Shown here: piece after piece, positions 59,485 through 64,000 of the stretch
Position numbering within the stretch: position 1 is the stretch's first letter
Layout of the letters: each line of letters begins with the position of its first letter
DNA from: Macrostomum hystrix
Taxonomy: Eukaryota; Animalia; Platyhelminthes
Reading direction: 5' to 3'
Assembly (NCBI GenBank): GCA_950097015.1
Contig: CATNEN010000001.1
Span: 24,986,001-25,050,000, forward strand
Length of the DNA: 64,000 nucleotides
The notes under the pieces: model-generated
Databases searched by the model: none
Told to the model about the DNA's origin: nothing
What the model saw: the letters and a program-made list of their open reading frames with translations, nothing else
Position numbers and translations under genes: made by a program

Positions 59485-60829
59485 GTTTCATGTGTCTTGT
59501 TACCTAACAGTCCGTTGATTTTTATGACGGTCTAAATGAGGAAGGGACAGGGCTGCATAGGACAAGTGGCGTATCTTTGCTAATAGGGTTTTTGAATTCG
59601 CCAGACTAATCATAGCAGCGGAGACTGAATGCAATCATGTTCAGTCATTGCATGCGGCGCATTCACTTGTGTCACAGTAAAGAAAAAAATGTGCGCAGCG
59701 CGGAGGCAAAGCGGGCCGGGTAAGTTCCCAATCCCACGCGCATGAGTCATTGCATACGCTTGTGGATGATTTGAACTAGATCTTCAGATGGAAGCCAGGA
59801 AATCTGCAGTTTGTTTTTGACAGGCCGGTCACGCGGGTACTGCAGATCCCTCACATCCACGCTGGCATCATGTACTAATGCAATAAAATGTTCCGGAAAA
59901 AACACCAGAAGGCGTGAACCGCAGCTTCCATTCGGTTGTAGTCGACCGTAAGCCGGCATCGGCAGCAACTTCGGTATTGGGTGGTCAGTCTATGTGGAAC
60001 AGCCCCGCCACTATGGCAGTAGCCCCAGTTGCAGTCGGCATAGAGGTATTGATCCCTTCCCGGATTTTCTCTCCCAACTGGGCGGCAGGACGAGCCTGTT
60101 TGGTTCCGACGATTATTGCGGCCGCTTTTCTCCCAGGTGAATGGAGCCGAGGGAAAGAAGCTTTGGAGTGTCGGAGCCCACAGAGAGAGATGGGGAAACT
60201 GAGAGGGGGCTCAGCATTGCTGGTGGGTTTCGCTTGGACCAGACAGGGGGTTCAAGCACCATCTCTGTCTCTCTCCCTCCCTGCCTAACTACCATCCCTT
60301 TTTGGAAGCGTCTTTGGCGCAAATCATATTTTGCTCGTCTTACCCGCCCGCTTATCAGCCTTCTGGTATATGCCTGGTATTAAAGGATAAAAGGAACGTC
60401 CGTTACCAGGACCCGTTCATTGGCACAAATTTTGGCCCCTGTACCGACTATTCAATTTTCCACCGCTTAAACAATCCCTACTTTCTTTTCTTTATCCCCT
60501 TTCCCCCTCTCTCTGCTTGTCCCTAAAATCCCATTTTGGCGCTTGTCGACCGTGTTGGCAACCCTGTTTGCCCGCAAGCTTTCCTTTCTAAAGAGGAGAA
60601 AAAGGATTCGATAATTCTTTTGTCTCCTCACCAGCTCAGCCGGGTCTGAGATCCCTTTCGACATCGAGAGCGCTGCAGACCCCCCTCGATCTTTTCTAGC
60701 TTTGATCTTTCATTTCATTTCATTTGGCTGAATTGAATTTAACTTGACGCTGTTTCAAATTCGGATGGAGGACAAGCGACTTTTTAGATCAGCTTTTCAT
60801 GGTGAGAACATTTGAACAAGGAGAAGACC

Positions 60830-61430
60830 CTTGCTGAGTAACTATCATAATTTACAACAAATATACAACCCGGGGTTGAGACGCACCATATACTCGTTTA
60901 GACTAGGAAACCATAAGCTAGCTTGCGAAACATTGCGAACTGCGAGACCGAAAATTCCGTATGAGAATAGATTTTGTAGCAAGTGCAAAACGGATGTTGA
61001 AAACGAGTTCCACTTCCTTTTTAAGTGCAGTTGGAATTCTGAAAAGAACATTTCTGGGAAAGCTCCCAATTTCGCATCCTTAACAGCAGAAGAGAAATCT
61101 AACTGCATAATGGCACAAGACGATTGGGAAACCACTGAAGCTTTAGCAAAGTACATCATAGAAATCTCTAAAATTAGGGAACAGCTGCCCTGAGACTACG
61201 AGCTCGTATTAACATTTAACAATCTGCATCTATTTTCTTTATTCCTGGTGTCCCTATTGTTTTTACTGCTCTAATTTTTAATACCTTTGCTTTTCCCTTC
61301 CGAGCTCAATAGTTGATTCCTAAAAAACTTCGTTTTTTAATGTTTTTTGTCGAGTATAATATTGTCAGAAAAATATATAAAAAAGCAGCACCCATATAGA
61401 TGGCGTTTTATTAATAAAAATAATAATAAA
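60830..61430 (+). mobile_element. 3' fragment of the same LINE family as 14003-15857
   Basis: RLGNHKLACETLRTARPKIPYENRFCSKCKTDVENEFHFLFKC...IREQLP*. The 3' UTR aligns by eye with 15315-15857 and ends in a (TAA)n tail. Confidence 0.9.
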
Positions 61431-61446
61431 CTTAACTCGCTCTCTT

Positions 61447-62357
61447 TTATGACCGATAGCCTCTTCGGCAAGCAGTGGCGCTGCTGGCGGTCTGGCCGGG
61501 CTGCCAGCCGTCGCGCCGCATCCGCAGCCTCCGTGGGCCGCACGCGTTGAGCCGCACGGAGCGACTTCCGTCGACCCGTTGCAGGACCTTCAGCGGCTGT
61601 TGAATCGTCTCATCACGGACGTCGGCGATGCTGGAGAGCCGCTGCAGCCGCGGTCTCGCCAGAGGCAGCGCCTGGGGCAGGATAATCAGCCTGAGGATCG
61701 GGTCTGGGCAGTTGGGATTGGCAGTGGCACACAGTGGAGACAGACGGAGCCGCAGCAGGAAGTCCTGCTTCGGCATCGGCACGAGCGAATGCGTGGTGAG
61801 CAGGAGGCTCTTCTGTAACTGCCTCACACTCCTATTATGTCACTCTCCCGCCTCGTCTGTCACTCTCCCGCCTCGTCTGTCACTCTCCCGCCTCGTCTGT
61901 CACTCTCCCGTCTCGTCTGTCACTCTCCCGCCTCGTCTGTCATTCTCCCGCCTCGTCTGTCACTCTCCCGCCTCGTCTGTCACTCTCCCGCCTCGTCTGT
62001 CACTCTCCCGCCTCGTCTGTCACTCTCCCGTCTCGTCTGTCACTCTCCCGCCTCGTCTGTCACTCTCCCGCCTCGTCTGTCACTCTCCTGCCTCGTCTGT
62101 CACTCTCCCGCCTCGTCTGTCACTCTCCCGCCTCGTCTGTCACTCTCCCGCCTCGTCTGTCACTCTCCCGCCACGTCTGTCACTCTTCTGATTCCTCTGT
62201 CACTCACTCTCCTCCCCGGTCTGTCTGTCCTTAGCGGATCGAGTTCAAGATTTCGCAGCCAGACGCAGTGACGGCTTCGTAGCGAATCACCTGGCAGACG
62301 AAGCCGGTCACATCTCAGGCCGCTCGCGCACTGGCGATGGTGGCAACTACGATCACT
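61447..62357 (-). CDS. Possible 3' exons of an unidentified gene extending rightwards
   Basis: GC-rich blocks ~62357-62208 (preceded by ctgactaacag, followed by gtgagt) and ~61813-61447 (preceded by ttacag) can join in one open frame across the 20-bp array. No family recognised and the frame is ambiguous. Confidence 0.3.
61838..62190. repeat. 20-bp minisatellite (gtcactctcccgcctcgtct)n, ~17 copies
   Basis: Direct periodicity. Confidence 0.97.
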
Positions 62358-62731
62358 GTTAGTCAGCCGAATTTCTTAGAATTTTGTCCACTTAATTCAG
62401 ATAGGTTTCTTAGAATCATCCCAAAAACGTCGCAGGGTTCGGAGATCAGAAAAATTCTGCCAGGCCGACCAATCACTGGCGATATCGATCGGACATTGGC
62501 CGTATCGATGATGAGTCACCAATCTCCAACAGCAAGGAGCTCAGAAGGGTAAGATGTGCTCACTTTGCTCGCGTGCTGTCTCACATTTTTTTCTATAACA
62601 AGCCAGAATATTTTCGTTTCTTGGTGACGGACTAACGACCATTGGTTGTAACTTAGTTTAATTAATTTAATTCTTTTCTACTTTTTTAGCCGGAGAAAAA
62701 CTATTTTAAAGCTCACCTTTGCATCCAGTGG

Positions 62732-63432
62732 CTCACTCCGTTACCCCACTGCATCCTCAGTCACTCACTCCGTTACCCCACTAAATCCTCTGTCACTCAC
62801 TCCGTCACCCCAAAGAATCCGCAGTCACTCACTCCGTTACCCCACTGCATCCTCAGTCACTCACTCCGTTACCCCACTAAATCCTCTGTCACTCACTCCG
62901 TCACCCCAAAGAATCCGCAGTCACTCACTCCGTTACCCCACTACATCCTCTGTCACTCACTCCGTCACCCCACTGCATCCTCTGTCACTCACTCCGTTAC
63001 CCCACTACATCCTCTGTCACTCACTCCGTCACCCCACTGCATCCTCAGTCACTCACTCCGTTACCCCACTACATCCTCTGTCACTCACTCCGTCACCCCA
63101 CTGAATCCGCAGTCACTCACTCCGTTACCCCACTACATCCTCTGTCACTCACTCCGTTACCCCACTGCATCCTCTGTCACTCACTCCGTTACCCCACTAC
63201 ATCCTCTGTCACTCACTCCGTTACCCCACTGCATCCTCTGTCACTCACTCCGTTACCCCACTACATCCTCTGTCACTCACTCCGTTACCCCACTACATCC
63301 TCTGTCACTCACTCCGTCACCCCACTGAATCCGCAGTCACTCACTCCGTTACCCCACTGCATCCTCAGTAACTCACTCCGTTACCCCACTGCATCCTCTG
63401 TCACTCACTCCGTTACCCCACTGAATCTTCTG
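62732..63432. repeat. 32-bp minisatellite (tcactcactccgttaccccactacatcctctg)n, ~22 copies
   Basis: Direct periodicity. Confidence 0.97.
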
Positions 63433-64000
63433 TATGAGTGTTGACCAAAAGTCAGATGACATGTTGATTAAAGGAATTCGTTTCATAAAAAACTAACCAT
63501 TATTTACAAAAAAGGTACTTATACCTACCTGAATAATTAAAATGACACAAACTGTGCAAACGACAGGTGCCCCCGTCTCCATCGTGGCCTTTGAACTGCG
63601 TGAGTGTATAAAAAAGCTGCTCATTACATCTTTACACTTTTGTGATGAAGGATTGCCAATAGTTCAATCTTTGGTGGTTTCAGAGTGAGAACAGCTCTGA
63701 ATGTAGGCCTAGTTTAGGCTGAGGTTTTCTAAAGGCATGCTATAATAATTATCCCACAAGCAATCTTCCTGAAGAGATTCAAACTTGCAATATTGCGTTT
63801 TTGTCGCAAAACAAATTCTAATAATAAAAATCTTATTAACTAACAAATCCTGCTTTCATGCAAACTATGAAATAATATCAATCCATCAGACTTTAAAATG
63901 AAGCATGATAGTTTGCAATTTTGTCATAGCAAACCTTTTTCAACACCGTCCATTGGTGATACCGAGAGGTGTTCTCATAGGAACGCCGAAAGTTGCATCC

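Noticed and set aside
59560-60700. Possible decayed retroelement ORF1 on the minus strand
   Set aside because: Coding-like composition, but no intact zinc knuckle or other motif that I can verify.

Overview
Eukaryotic (animal) genomic DNA with spliceosomal introns. The GC-rich Ala/Gln-rich exons and satellite-packed introns resemble a free-living flatworm such as Macrostomum (inference only). Left to right: the 3' end of an LRRC45-like coiled-coil gene (+); two tandem, almost intronless ankyrin-repeat TRP-channel paralogues with a TRPM-like pore (-), the first split by a young, intact 4.75-kb Ty3/Gypsy (Mag-like) LTR retrotransposon with identical 177-bp LTRs and a GTATT TSD; an internally deleted LINE; a 4.5-kb non-autonomous Helitron whose body is mostly two satellite arrays; a 5-exon mitochondrial carrier (SLC25A30/14-like, +); a 10-exon SMARCAD1 remodeller (-) whose introns hold several different tandem arrays, including a 4.8-kb 24-bp satellite; a previously unrecognised small single-pass membrane protein with PY motifs (-); a 3-exon secreted class-2 lipase (+); tRNA/CORE-type SINEs; an hAT-type MITE; and further minisatellites. 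The most interesting signals are the ankyrin+TRPM-like channel pair, the LTR supplying an in-frame ATG to the channel half, the satellite-carrying Helitron, local CpG deserts just inside two housekeeping genes, and tandem arrays sitting next to splice donors. All calls come from reading the sequence and recalled family motifs; no searches were run.
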